A stretch of DNA of 64,000 nucleotides from Paramecium tetraurelia (taxonomy: Eukaryota). Under the pieces are notes generated by a model. The model was not told the origin of the DNA and did not search any database. It was given only the letters and a program-made list of their open reading frames with translations. The stretch lies in the NCBI GenBank assembly GCA_000165425.1, contig CT868650.1, positions 124,001-188,000 of the forward strand. Direction: 5' to 3'. Below, one piece after another: positions 39,601-51,800 of this stretch (positions are counted from its first letter, which is position 1; every line of letters starts with the position of its first letter). The translations under genes and the position numbers were made by a program.

Positions 39601-39732
39601 CTCCTTTTTCTCTTAGTGACTTTTCTAACATCTACATCTAAAAATAATAGTTACTCTTCTTCCCTCTTCATAAATGGTCAATTCCTCCATAAATGGACTT
39701 CTTTATTGCAATATTTAGAGGTAATTAATCAT
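36660..39732 (-). CDS. E6AP/UBE3A-like HECT E3 ubiquitin ligase with N-terminal DUSP-like and AZUL zinc-finger modules
   Basis: HECT: PLKIQFVNEQGVDEGGPKREFF, PDYGMF, IGKLLGLSLYNSVLLDVRFP, FLFFCTGSDRIPVGGL, LPSAHTCFNVLLLP, ENAEGFGLM-TGA. Upstream GCGQLVCEFPQC...LMC and YYLISK...QWKHYV...PDKINSDL...DYEIV. Confidence 0.9.
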
Positions 39733-39782
39733 TAAAATAAATAATATTCAGATTAGTATGATTTACTTAAATATTCTATAAA

Positions 39783-42560
39783 TCATTATTGATTCAGAAC
39801 AGATTAATTCTCTTTCACCCATTGTTCGGTTTTACTATATACTAACATAAGAATAATACCTTAATTGTCTTAATTTTTCTTATATTTATTCCAATTTGGC
39901 CTTTCCTGTATTTTTCATGCTTTCCAAATAAGAATCTTGATTTTCCTACTTTGATTTCATCAACCTATCCAAATCCATTTACACCATCTTTTAATCTGAC
40001 AACAATTGATCCTTCTATTATCTAATTTAAATCATCAATTGAGCAATTGCAGCCTCTATTTCAAAAGGAGATTTGTTATTAGATATTTTGCTTCTGAGAT
40101 TATCAATTTAACCTCCAAATTATCCAAAAGCAGATAAATTTGTCTCCCCAAAAAGCTTGCTATTATAATTAAAATTATTGATATTCTTTTTAATTTCTTA
40201 AATTTTCTATTATTTGAATGCAATTTATTCTAAAAGTGATTTTTCTTACATTGTCAATTATTTTAATTCAAATTTTTACTTGTTGATAACTTATCCATAT
40301 TCTATTGATTAACTTGTCTATTATAATTGAATCTACAATTCTTCCACCTCCTACTTATATTTATTATGCTCATTTTTAACAATATTCAGTTCTTTTTTCA
40401 ATTATTCAATATTTTCTAATAGACTTTATTCTTTTTATTTTTTTGAGAACTAATCCTATTCAAAGAATTCTCTGATTTACAATTCTTATTATTGAGCAGA
40501 ATCCTCAAAATTTTTCTTATATCTATAAAATTCTTCCTTAGCCTTTTCTTCAATTTTCTATTTTTCTAACTCAAATTCTTCCTCTTTCCTTTTTTTCTCA
40601 ACCTCAAATTATTACTCTAAGATTCTCAATTCTTTATTAATTTGGTCATCTATCTCTTTTCTTTATTTAGATTCTTATTCTTTAATTTATTTTTTAATCT
40701 TCATTTTTTCTATTTCTAATTTTTATTTTAAGTTTTCAGTTAACCTTTATTCTTCATCCTCAAATTCTTTTTAATATTATTATCTAATCTAATTCTCATC
40801 AAAGGTTGATTTTGTTTTTTTCTCCTTGGCCAATTCTTCCTCAAGTATTGCTAATTCTTAATTGATTTTTTCTTATTCTTATCTTTTGAATTGCTCAATT
40901 TAATCATCAATTTGTTGTTATTTTGCTTTTTTTAGTTCTTCGAATTTCTTGTCTTCCTCCTCCTTGAATTTTAGCTTCAACACTTCCAATTCTTTCTCCT
41001 CATCATACACAGTGTTTGTAGTTTCAAAGCGTAATTGTTTCTCCTATTCCACTAATTATTAGTATTCCTTTTCATATTTAGTTTCAATATCCTTCTTCTA
41101 ATTCTTATATTATTCCTCATATTCCTCATCAATCCTTTCCATTTACTTCTCTTCTAATTATTTCAAATTCTTTTTTTCAATTTCCAACCTCGATTAAATG
41201 TTCTTCTCCAAACTGGCTCTTGATACTCTTTCATACTATTCTAATTCTAACATTTATTCCTCTTCCTATTCTTTTAACTTCTTCAACTTTTCCTCAAACT
41301 CCTATTTCTATTTGGAAGAATTGACTTTTATGGACTCCTTCAATTTAGCTAATTACTTTTCATAATCCTAATCTGCTTCTTTTTTCAACTATTCAATCTT
41401 TTTATCAATCTTCTTCTTTTATTCCTCAAATTCCTTCTTTTTTTATTCCCTATATTATTATAGCTTCTTCTCTTAAGTTTATTTCAACAATGGATCTTAA
41501 TCCCTATTAAAAACGTCAGATTAAACAATTGGTTAAACTTGTGATTAAAATATAATTTATACCTGCAATTTCTGGTTCCTTTGTTTCTTTACCAAACAGC
41601 GATTCTTTGACAAGTCTAGCTTGCTCCCTTGCTATTTTCTCTATTTTTTTTTATTTTTCTTTCTAAAACATTTATTTGTAATAATCATCACATGGATGCT
41701 CCTCCTTTCTCTCATTTGTGATTAAGTTAAGATACGAGATTTCCTTATTTCTGTTTTGATATGGTTTCCTTAAATTTATGTATATCATTACCAAGATTCA
41801 GGCAAAGGAGCCATCAAACCCTCTCTGGCTATATATAATAGATCATTATCTTCAGGCAATTCCATCCCTAAAAAGTAAGCATATTCTCTTATTTCTAAAG
41901 ATTTTGTATCTTAAAATAATACCTTGGTTAGTAGGTCTATAATGCTCATCTATTTCTTCTTCTAATAGCACTGATTCTTGTTCATCGTCATCCTCATAAT
42001 TAATTTAACTTCCCATGCCCATACCCGTGCCCAATTATCCCATTCCCATGCCCATCTATCCCATTCCCATTCCCATTTATCCTGGGCCCATTTGTCCCAT
42101 TCCTTTTTTCATTTATTATTATGCCATTTACATTTGCATTTGCCCCATCTACATCTAATTCATCTAACCCATATTTCCATATTGAACATTATTCATCCCC
42201 AACATTCCTTATTGCTAGCCAAACTTATTTTTTTGGGTTTATTATTGTTATGGTTATTTAAAACCAGAGCTATTTGAGAATCCCATGCTACCGGACATAT
42301 TACTTGACATTCCAAATTATTTTTATTAGTTGCTGATACCTGAGAACCCTCCAGTTCCTGACATGTTCATCCCACTCTAAATACCATTAGACATCCCCAT
42401 GCCAGACATCCCCATACCAGACATACCCATTCCAGACATTCCCATACCTGACATTCCCATTCCAGACATTCCAGCACCATAATTCATACCTGGACCTAAT
42501 TATTATATTTAAATTAGAACCTGTCTTCTGACCCTGTTGCTTTCCTTTTTAAATATTCAT
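39783..42560 (-). CDS. CEP164: CEP164-like basal-body distal appendage protein (WW-containing module plus long coiled coil)
   Basis: LEEEIDEHYRPTNQEIREYAYFLGMELPEDNDLLYIAREGLMAPLPESWKPYQ...ISYLNLITNERKEEHPCDDYYK, the CEP164 N-terminal signature, followed by an E/K/Q-rich coiled coil. Confidence 0.85.
42389..42473 (-). repeat. 15-nt coding tandem repeat encoding (GMSGM)n
   Basis: About 5.5 copies of GGN ATG TCN GGN ATG, with synonymous variation, in the CEP164-like 5' region. Confidence 0.85.
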
Positions 42561-42724
42561 AAATTTAAATTATATTTATTATAACTATTCAATAAGTAAT
42601 TAAGTAAGCATGATAACATTAATCTCTACAGTACTTATCGATATTCACTTGGCTAGTAAACTTGATCTCTAGAAACAGAATTTAATTTTCTTATATAATT
42701 TAAATTAGAGTATTTTTTATTAAA

Positions 42725-44488
42725 ATGTAACAGGATCAGAATCAAGGAATGGACCATCAGATTGCAGATAAGGAAATGACTGTCTAGGATTAGTTATTAG
42801 AATAATAGAAGAAATTTAGAAACTTGGAATCCGATAGAAAGGCATATGCCGAAGAAACTGTTGCAAACATTAAAAAACAAAGAGGAATCATTGATAAGCT
42901 CAAGAATGAAAATTACATTCTGAAGGACTTAATTGCCAAGATGAATTCCTAAAAATTATAACTTAATTAGACTACATATTCTAAGGGACCCAATATTGAT
43001 ACAATAATTGATGATTTGAAAGTAGCAATCAATGAGGAGAAGAAAGTGCAGGAAGAAATTGATACACATGTTGCTGATTTTCAAAAGAAGATTATAGAAA
43101 AGAGACATGCTTTAGGTGGATACAATGCAGGAGCAGAAAATGAAAGTGCATTGCAAAAACAAATTAAAATCTTGGAAAATAGATTAGACAAAACAAACCA
43201 GAAATTTAACGAAGCCATTGCCATCAATAAATAGTTAAGATAATAAATAGATAGTCTACGTAGAGAAAGAGTTATTTTTGATAATCTCTATAAAAAACTG
43301 GAGAAGGAATTGCATGAAAAAAGAAAAGTATATCTACTACATTATTATTATAGGAAATGGCTGATATCATTGAAACTGCTAATACAGCTTATGAGGAGAG
43401 AGATAAGGCAAATGATTTAATTTAAAGTTTGAAATAATAGGCAAAAAGAGAATCTGCTGATTTTGAAAAAGATCTCAGAGAATTGAGTTAAATCATGGAA
43501 AAAAATAAAAAAACACTAGATTATATGAAATTAACAGAAAAGAACAGAGAAATGGATCAATAGGAAGTAGTTGATCCTGAGAAATTCACTAAACCAAAAA
43601 CCAACAAATTAACGAGGGATAAAACAGTCAATTAAACTATTGTTGAACAAATCATGAAATACGAGGAAGATTTTGCTAAAATCCAGGCAGCCACGCAAAT
43701 TAAAGTATTTGATGAACTTATCAAAATATTTATTTAAAATGAAGAAAAGGTAAAATATACTCTATAGTGATTATAGAATTTTTAAATGTTTAAATATGTT
43801 AATGAATTAAGTAATGAAATTGAAGATCTAGAGAAATAAATCGGAGAATTAAAAGATGAAGCATCATTATATGAAGGTCAAGGTTCTAATGTCGATGTTT
43901 AAAGAAAAAGACATCTTAAAGATTTAGAGGAGAAATTATCAAGATCAGAATCCAAATCAGAATAGTACGAATTCAAATATAATGAATCGATTAAACTAAT
44001 AAATAGTCTAACAGTATCTCATATCTTTTAATATTTAGAATTGGATCGAAACTCTATTCAATACAGTTGAATGTGATAAGTAAATGGCAACAGAAATTGC
44101 TGGTTCTCATGGGGTTACTGATACCAATATGATGATTTACTTAGGACTAATTGAAAATAAAACAAATAAGTTATTGCAATACTATTAATAAATTCATTAG
44201 AAAATATCAGAAAATTAAATCAATTCATTGCAATAATTAGCTTAAATGAATGAGAAAAACTTATAAAATAAGAATAGAGCAGAATTACCACAATTTGGTA
44301 ACTATTCAAGTTATTTTAGATGAACATGAAGATGATGACATAGAAGGAGACAAAATATTGTCAGTTGAAGAATTTAAGAAAAAAGCTCTTGAAAAACTTG
44401 AAGTATTTATTTAGCTCTCATTTAGAAATAATAAAACTAAACAAAAAATAAGAGAGCTGGACCTAATAAATTAAGAAAAAATAAATGA
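42725..44488 (+). CDS. ODAD1: Outer dynein arm docking complex subunit DC2/ODAD1 (CCDC114/CCDC63 family)
   Basis: KFRNLESDRKAYAEET, QKQIKILENRLDKTNQKFNEAIAINKQLRQQIDSLRRERVIFDNLYKKLEKEL, ANTAYEERDKA, YEEDFAKIQAAT, FIQNEEKNFQMFKYVNEL, GVTDTNMMIYLGLIE. Confidence 0.9.
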
Positions 44489-44893
44489 TCATCATTAATT
44501 ATATAAACAGAATCATTTCAACTCTATTTTATTCTTATTTTCAGTAGCCATAGCTTTAGGTTTAATAAATTATGTAATAATTCAACCTTAGTATATTGAA
44601 AAAAGAATATTTTTATAAATTCAACTTCTTATAATATATATCTGATTTCTAATCGAAGTCCAGAAATATTAATTTAACATAGGATATAATTTAAGTTGAA
44701 GATATTGTATCTATTTTATATTTAATAATCTGAACTATTGATAAAAATCAATTTGTAAATATTAGAATTTCCATTATAAGACTTGTCCTAAAAATATACC
44801 TATTCTAATCTAAAATTAAAAATATTAATTAATAGTATTTGTTAATTATTTATTTATTTCATCGTTAAAGTGTATAATATAAATAAATATAAA

Positions 44894-45427
44894 ATGTAAG
44901 AAATAGAGGCAAAAAAATAATTAAAAGCAAGTGAAGGTGCACATTTTTTTTACACTTTAATATTCCTATCAGCATCAGGAATTATTGAGACCCAATTTAT
45001 TGAAGAAAAATGCAATTAAAATCTTCAGTTATTTGTACATCTAGTTTTCTATGGATTAATCATTTGGGGAACTTACATACTTATTACTTTAATCCCAAGG
45101 TAAAATACTAAATGAACATAGATATAAAAATGCTGCTATTAATCTATTTTTTAACTTCTTGGATATATGTTTTGGAATCTATATTCTCTTGCTTTTGTTT
45201 TATGGGGGAAGGATGTATTAATCTCCTAATGATTGCCCAACAGAGGCCCCAGTGTTATTTTTCTTTTTAGAAACTTTTTTGCTGGTATTTAATTATACTA
45301 AATAAAATAGGTTAATGGTATAATTTTTGCGATTTTGTTCTTGGCTTTTGTTTCATATGTTCTCAAAAGATTTTCTAAATCTTAACAAGTATATGATGAA
45401 AACAAAGAAGAATTTTATGACGCTTGA
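44894..45427 (+). CDS. Small four-TM membrane protein
   Basis: Four hydrophobic segments with loop Cys (EKCNQNL, NDCPTEAP); two introns; ends EEFYDA-TGA. Confidence 0.75.
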
Positions 45428-45480
45428 TATTATTTTTATTATATAAATGTAATATACAATTTTAAGTATAAACAGACCTC

Positions 45481-47533
45481 TATGATCTTAAAATTATAGA
45501 TTATATGAATAAGTTAGATAAAACAATTAGTGACATGATAAAGTCTTTTATTGGCAATTATCATTTTACAACTTGAAAATAATAAAATGTTCAAGGTAAT
45601 TGCACTTAATCCTGTGTTAAATTAATGATATTCAAGAACTAAGGAGATTAGTTTATTCAAAACATTTGTCAATATACATTTTATTCAAAATCCATCTAGT
45701 TTTCAACGAATATCTCTCTTCGAAATATTATTAATTTATCTAAAGTCTAATTTGAAAATGTTTGAAGTAAGTCTATGAAGATAAAAGCGAGTTCCTCTAA
45801 ATGATCAAATAGATAATTTTAGACTTTATAAAAAAATGCTTGAATTATGATATATTAGCATTTAAAATATTCTAAGAAAAGTGGTTTATGTAGATACGGT
45901 AGTTCTATATTAGTATTAAACTACCTTTTAAAAATAAAAATTACGTTGAAGAAACTTTAAAAGTCTGCTCTTTTGATCAGAAACTATAAGAGATTGTTGG
46001 AAAATTAATATTAAGCAATATTGATTTTATATAAATATGATTTCTTAAGTTTAGGATTTGTATTAACTTATTTACAGCAAACTTGTAAATAAGGAATCTC
46101 TTGAACCATCCTTACTCACTAGACTACACACTTAGATCTTCTTGTAGAATATGGAATAGAATTTTGAATTAGAAGAATTTTACTATGATATTCTAAGAAA
46201 ACACATCAAAAGTCATCATTCAATCTCTCCTCAATAATTGGAAATATTAGTTAATGTTGTGTATTATCTTGGTATATTCATTAATTAATAGACACTATTT
46301 ACTAAGGCATTCCAAATTATTAAAGAAAATTTAATTGATAATCAGGCAATTATTTAGAATTCATTATATTTGAACATCCTTTAGGCTTGCGGCTCCTAAA
46401 AGATTTGTTTAAAGCAAGGGCATTAATTTGTCAATATAGATATCAACAACAATTATTTCAAATCACGATTTCTTACACCATACCTTGATTCAATAACCTA
46501 AAGAATACCAAAAGATAATATTATATAATTTATTGAGAATGAATAATAAAAAATCAAATCACTCCATCCTGAATCAGAGAATTACGTAATATAAGAGTTG
46601 AAATTATTCATCATTTAGTAATAGCTTAAAACTGTGGATTTCAAAAAAAACTCCTAAGAATTATTTGATTTATTCAATTTTCTTAGAATTGAAGATAAAT
46701 ACTAATATAATCTCAAGCAAAAGCTTTCAAATCTAGAAGACAAGGATAATTCTATCAATTCTTTTTATTAATTAGCAATCAAATATAAAGAATTTCTTTA
46801 TCAATATCTTGATTTAGACTTTGACTAATTCTTTTAATTGTTTAAAGAACAACTAAATAATATTTAGAATTTCTATTAAAATGAAAAGCATATGTTAATT
46901 GCATTAAATGAAATAATTGAAGAATATTTAATAAAGCACGATTGCTTACAAAATTTGCTTGAAACTTAAGATGAGAATATAGGTTATTTCTCATAATGCA
47001 TGGTTTAATCGATTGATCATTTTATTAGTTTAATGATGGAATAATTGTTTAAATTAGTTTCCCCTTACAGATCCAATTTTAATTTATCTCTGTAAAGTGC
47101 AAAAGTTAATAAAATGTCTTAATACCGTCATAAGATAGTGGATAAATATAAATTAAAAGAATTGGAAAAATATTTAAAGATAGCTAAAAACTCAATCAGA
47201 CCTTTATATTTACCTTACCCATAATTTATTTCTTAGACTGCTGAAATAATCTCAGATATTCCACATTAATTGCATCAATATTTGCCAAAAGAAGAGAAAA
47301 AAAGATATGATTTATCTGTTTATGGATATGCTGAAGTTACATATAAATAGGATTATACGCTGGTCTTAAATACAAAATAATTGGTTTCTCTGTATCATTT
47401 GATCAATAATAATCAAAAATAAATTGATGAATTTAGTTTGATTCTGTTTTAGAAATTGGGTTTAATAAATGCAGAAGGAAGTATAAATAATGACTGGCAA
47501 CCAAGTCATAAATGTTTGATATTATTTAAGTGA
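45481..47533 (+). pseudogene. Divergent cullin-like gene with a disrupted 5' part (candidate pseudogene)
   Basis: The 3' ~1.5 kb is open and contains YGYAEVTYKQDYTLVLNTKQLVSLY, resembling the cullin-homology beta strands. The 5' part has an in-frame TGA at 45574-45576 and frame breaks near 45760 and 46030 that I could not resolve with GT..AG introns. Confidence 0.5.
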
Positions 47534-48849
47534 GAGTTTAATAATAAATACTATTTTCAATATTCTAAAAATTAAAAATCAAATAATTTCTAATTTGTTG
47601 ATTTTATTTTCAATTTCTTTCTCCTCAGTTATTTGATTGTTTCCATTATTATTTTTTATTTTAGTTAAAATGAAAAAACTCATTTGAAATTGGAAAAAGA
47701 AGTTAATATATGATAAGTGAAGATTTCTATATGCATTAAATGATTATCAATATAATATTTTATAAATTATGATATTCTATATAACCTATTTAGCTTACAT
47801 CCACCATTCAGAAAGCTGTTAAATACAAAAATAGTATATTTTATAATTAAAATCATTTTTAATGACTCACAATTTGTATTAACATCATTTTAGGTTTTAT
47901 TCAGTTACAACAATTATATTATCTATTATGTTTGAAGCTATTTTTGGAATCTATATTAGTAAATTCAAATACTTCGAAACGGATAAAAGTTAGTGATATA
48001 TTGTGTAATGATTAATCTTTAATTTTATTCTTCAGTTGCTTACAAATTTATTTCTTACTATAGTTTCTGCTTGCTAGTACCATAAATTTTAAATTAATTA
48101 TATCAGACCTTAGTGATGCATTTACAAATTTAAGTAATATTTCAACCTGAGGTAGTTTTATCAAGTTTGGATTATTGAATATTGATATAAAAATAAAAGG
48201 TTACTCTTGCAAACCTTTTTTGGATTTAAAAAATAATTCTAATGTTATTTCAAAAGTTATTTTTAATATAACTCTTTAAAAAATGACATACCAAATTCTT
48301 GTTGTAAATATAATACAAGATGACCCTATATTAATAATGAACTATTGCTATCGAAATAACAATGAATCCTTATATAATTTTAACAATCAATTTCAATTCT
48401 AAAGAAAAATAAATATTATTACATTATAACTTTATATTATTATTATAAATGAGGACCAATATTTATAAATTTTGACATACCTGAATTAAAATACCATTGC
48501 TACTAATTAGATTACTAAAATAGATAGGAATAATTCAACTTCTTTGTCTGTTAATATTCTAAGTCAATTGATGAGATTATTTCATTTAAGTACTATAAAA
48601 ATATAAGATTTATAAAAATTAGTTTAAGAGAAATTTAATATTAATAATAATTGCTGATTAATTTTGAATTTACTAACAAATTAAGTCGTTAAAATGATTT
48701 ACGATGTTTCTGTCAAAACATAAATAAAATCTTTTAAATTTTTTTTAATATAAATTGATTTATCGGATGAAATCAGAATAAATAATATTACGTGACAGTT
48801 ACACTATATTAGTGTATTTTTACTTATCTTTCTAATTGATTATTAATTT

Positions 48850-51800
48850 ATGCTCAATATAATTAACTAAGGTGCTCAAAACGCATTTAGAGTATAAGGC
48901 TTAAAGAAAAGAACCACAATTCATGTGTAGAAGGATAAAAGCATTGATTTAAGAAAAATAAAGGGAAAATTTGTATTTGAACCTTCAAAAACTATATAAT
49001 CATAATTGGATGAATTTTTTGTATCTATAATTGCAATCATAATCTTAGTTAATGCTAAAAAAAAATGGATGGGATAGGAAGTTAGGGATCAAAGGATTTA
49101 AAGGAACTTTTAAGGTTGAACATCTGATCATGATCGAAACAAAACTTAGAGTGTTATTTCCACTAAGAGAGCTAACGATAGTGGATACGCAGATGGATAG
49201 AGAGCATCTAATTATATTGCGATAATGGTTGGCTTGGCTTCAACCAAAAAAGTTGACTCTAGAATTTCAGCAAAATGAGATAGATGATTAGGATTTTGAG
49301 GAATTTATTTACTATTTCTTCGAGAGAGATATTGATCTGAAGAGAGTACTTTCTTTTATTTAATTTAGCTTTACATAATCAGTAATCCAGGAATTTATAA
49401 AGGGCAATTGCTAAAATAACTTCGAGGATATTTAAAGGAAAAAAATAATAAGGATGAATATTATGATTATGAAATGCTGATGAATAAAGACTCTAAGTCA
49501 ATTGCAATTATAAAACTAGAGAAAATATGGACCAACTAAGAAAAGAATACAATAATTTAATAAGCACGAGAAAAAATTGACTAAACTTGCTTTTATTATT
49601 TCAATTTGTAGAAATGCTTCACCGAAAGTAATTATTAAGGTTTCGAACATTTAATTCAATTGACATATGATTTAGACAATTTAGAGTAAATATGTGGGTT
49701 AAACGCATCAGATAATTATTTAGGAACTCTAAATAGTTTCTAATAGACTTGTCAACATTTATCAACTGCAAAGGGCCTACTTGAATTAAAACTTAAATCC
49801 CAAAGATTATTAGATTACTCAACTACAGTATCATCTTTGGTTGGAGATAGGTATGATAAATTAAGAGTCAATTTATTTGACATATAATCAAATAATTAAA
49901 TACTTGAGAAGACCTTTGGAATTTTGTCTAATGAAATATTTTTGCATTGTAAAGAGGTCGTTTTAGATGGTGTTTTAACATAATAATTAAGCACATTATA
50001 TAAATTAAGTTTTTTAGCTGAAGCAGTCAAAACTAGGACTGATTATTTATAATAAGAAAGTATAAAATGTAAGTGCATAATTTTATTCTAGGTGGTAAAT
50101 TACTTAAACATAACTTTAGAAAGATGAATTTATCAACAGTCGAAAATTATAATAGACATGATCTAGTAGAAAAGTTCCTTCAGAGTGTTATTTTTACTGA
50201 ACATAGCAATATTAAATTAATATGTATTACTTATCGTTATTTATTTATAGACGTCTAAAATTGTGATATTGGCAGAGTGGAAGCTTGGACAAACACCTTT
50301 AGAAAATTTAAGGAGCGAATTATAAAGGAGGAACCAAAGAATCCCTTGCTAAAAAATTACAAATTACCCTTAAAAACTATTATTATGCCAACTTAAACAT
50401 ATAGAATGGAACCATAGTATATTAAGAGGTTTTTTTATGAATTCTTTTTTACTAAGAAAGGTGAAATATTAGAAACAAAGACTTTTTATATGGAAAGTTG
50501 TTTTAAATAAAATGGAAGAGAGGAGGGAATTGTGGAAACCTGTGAAGAAATATATAAGAAGATAGAAAATGGAGATGAATCGATGAAAAATGTTGAATAT
50601 ACAATTAAAAATGTAAAATTTAAGAGTACAACTTGCGACTTTCGCTTATCTATATATAAATGCCTAATTCTAACTGACCATTTTAAGTTGGAAGAACTAA
50701 TAGTAGATGATGAGGGAATGTCAGAGACCCTTACAGAATATAAAGATGCAACATACGCATATTTCTAAAAATAGCCTTCTGGATTTATTCACAGTTTAAA
50801 CTCGCTGCAATTTATTAGCGTATAATCAATAACTTTTGAGATCTATGAGTTCTTAGAATTATTTGTTTATCATGACTAACTAAGATTAAAAAAATTAATT
50901 ATAAAATCTCTGACATTTGAAGAAAAGAATGAGTAAAAGGAAAATTTTGAAAAAATTATTGAAAGCAAAGATTAAAAATAATTTTAACTTTCAATTAAAG
51001 AATTGTTGGTAGAGTAAATAAATGAAGATTAGGCTTAAATTAATCTCATTAAATATGTCATTTTTTCAAAATTTCAGAGAATAGAAAAATTGAGTTTAGG
51101 TAACTTTAAACTAGATACTTTTGCTGATTAAATTATTTAGATTATAGAAGAATTATAAATTTAACACCAAAATCAATAAGGAAGCAATCAAAATGTTGAT
51201 CAGAATGAAAATTCGTAAGAGAAACCAATAAATGATAAATAAATAAACATAAAGAAAAGTTTTTTTGTTTTTGAAAACTTAAGATATCTCAGTTTAAGCG
51301 ATATTGCAATTACTTCTCAAAAAACATGGAATATTATATTTCAACAGATACTTTTTAACACTTAAATTAAGTTATAAGAGCTTTTTTTACATAAGATTAA
51401 TCTTGATGAAATATTTATTAAAGCTTTAGATGAAGCAACCAAGTCTTTGATTGATACTTAAATAAAAGAAAATTTAGATCAAATCTCTGATACCTCAGAC
51501 TTATTGTTATAATATGGGAATCTATTATTGGAAAAACCGTAGGACTTGGTTCTTAAGGGGATATTTGATTTGTAAAAATTATCATTTATTGAATGTAAAA
51601 CAGAAAAAGATGTTTTAACTCCTTTCTTAATTCTCAGTACTTTAAATGAATTGACATTTAAATCCTGTGATGGATTAAACAAATCTATTTAGGAAACATA
51701 AGAAAAATTTAACAAAAACCCTGACTATCAAAAATTCAATCTTGTTTCAATCCAAACTTTAGTTTTTGAGAAAATTACCTTAGAAGAGCAATAATTTTAA

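Noticed and set aside
41978..42277. His/Ser/Leu-rich plus-strand ORF resembling a metal-binding peptide
   Set aside because: It is the antisense shadow of the GMGQM repeats in the CEP164-like gene.
42389..42473. Short regular repeats as a possible CRISPR-like or minisatellite element
   Set aside because: There are no spacers, and variation is confined to synonymous positions of a coding repeat in a eukaryotic gene.
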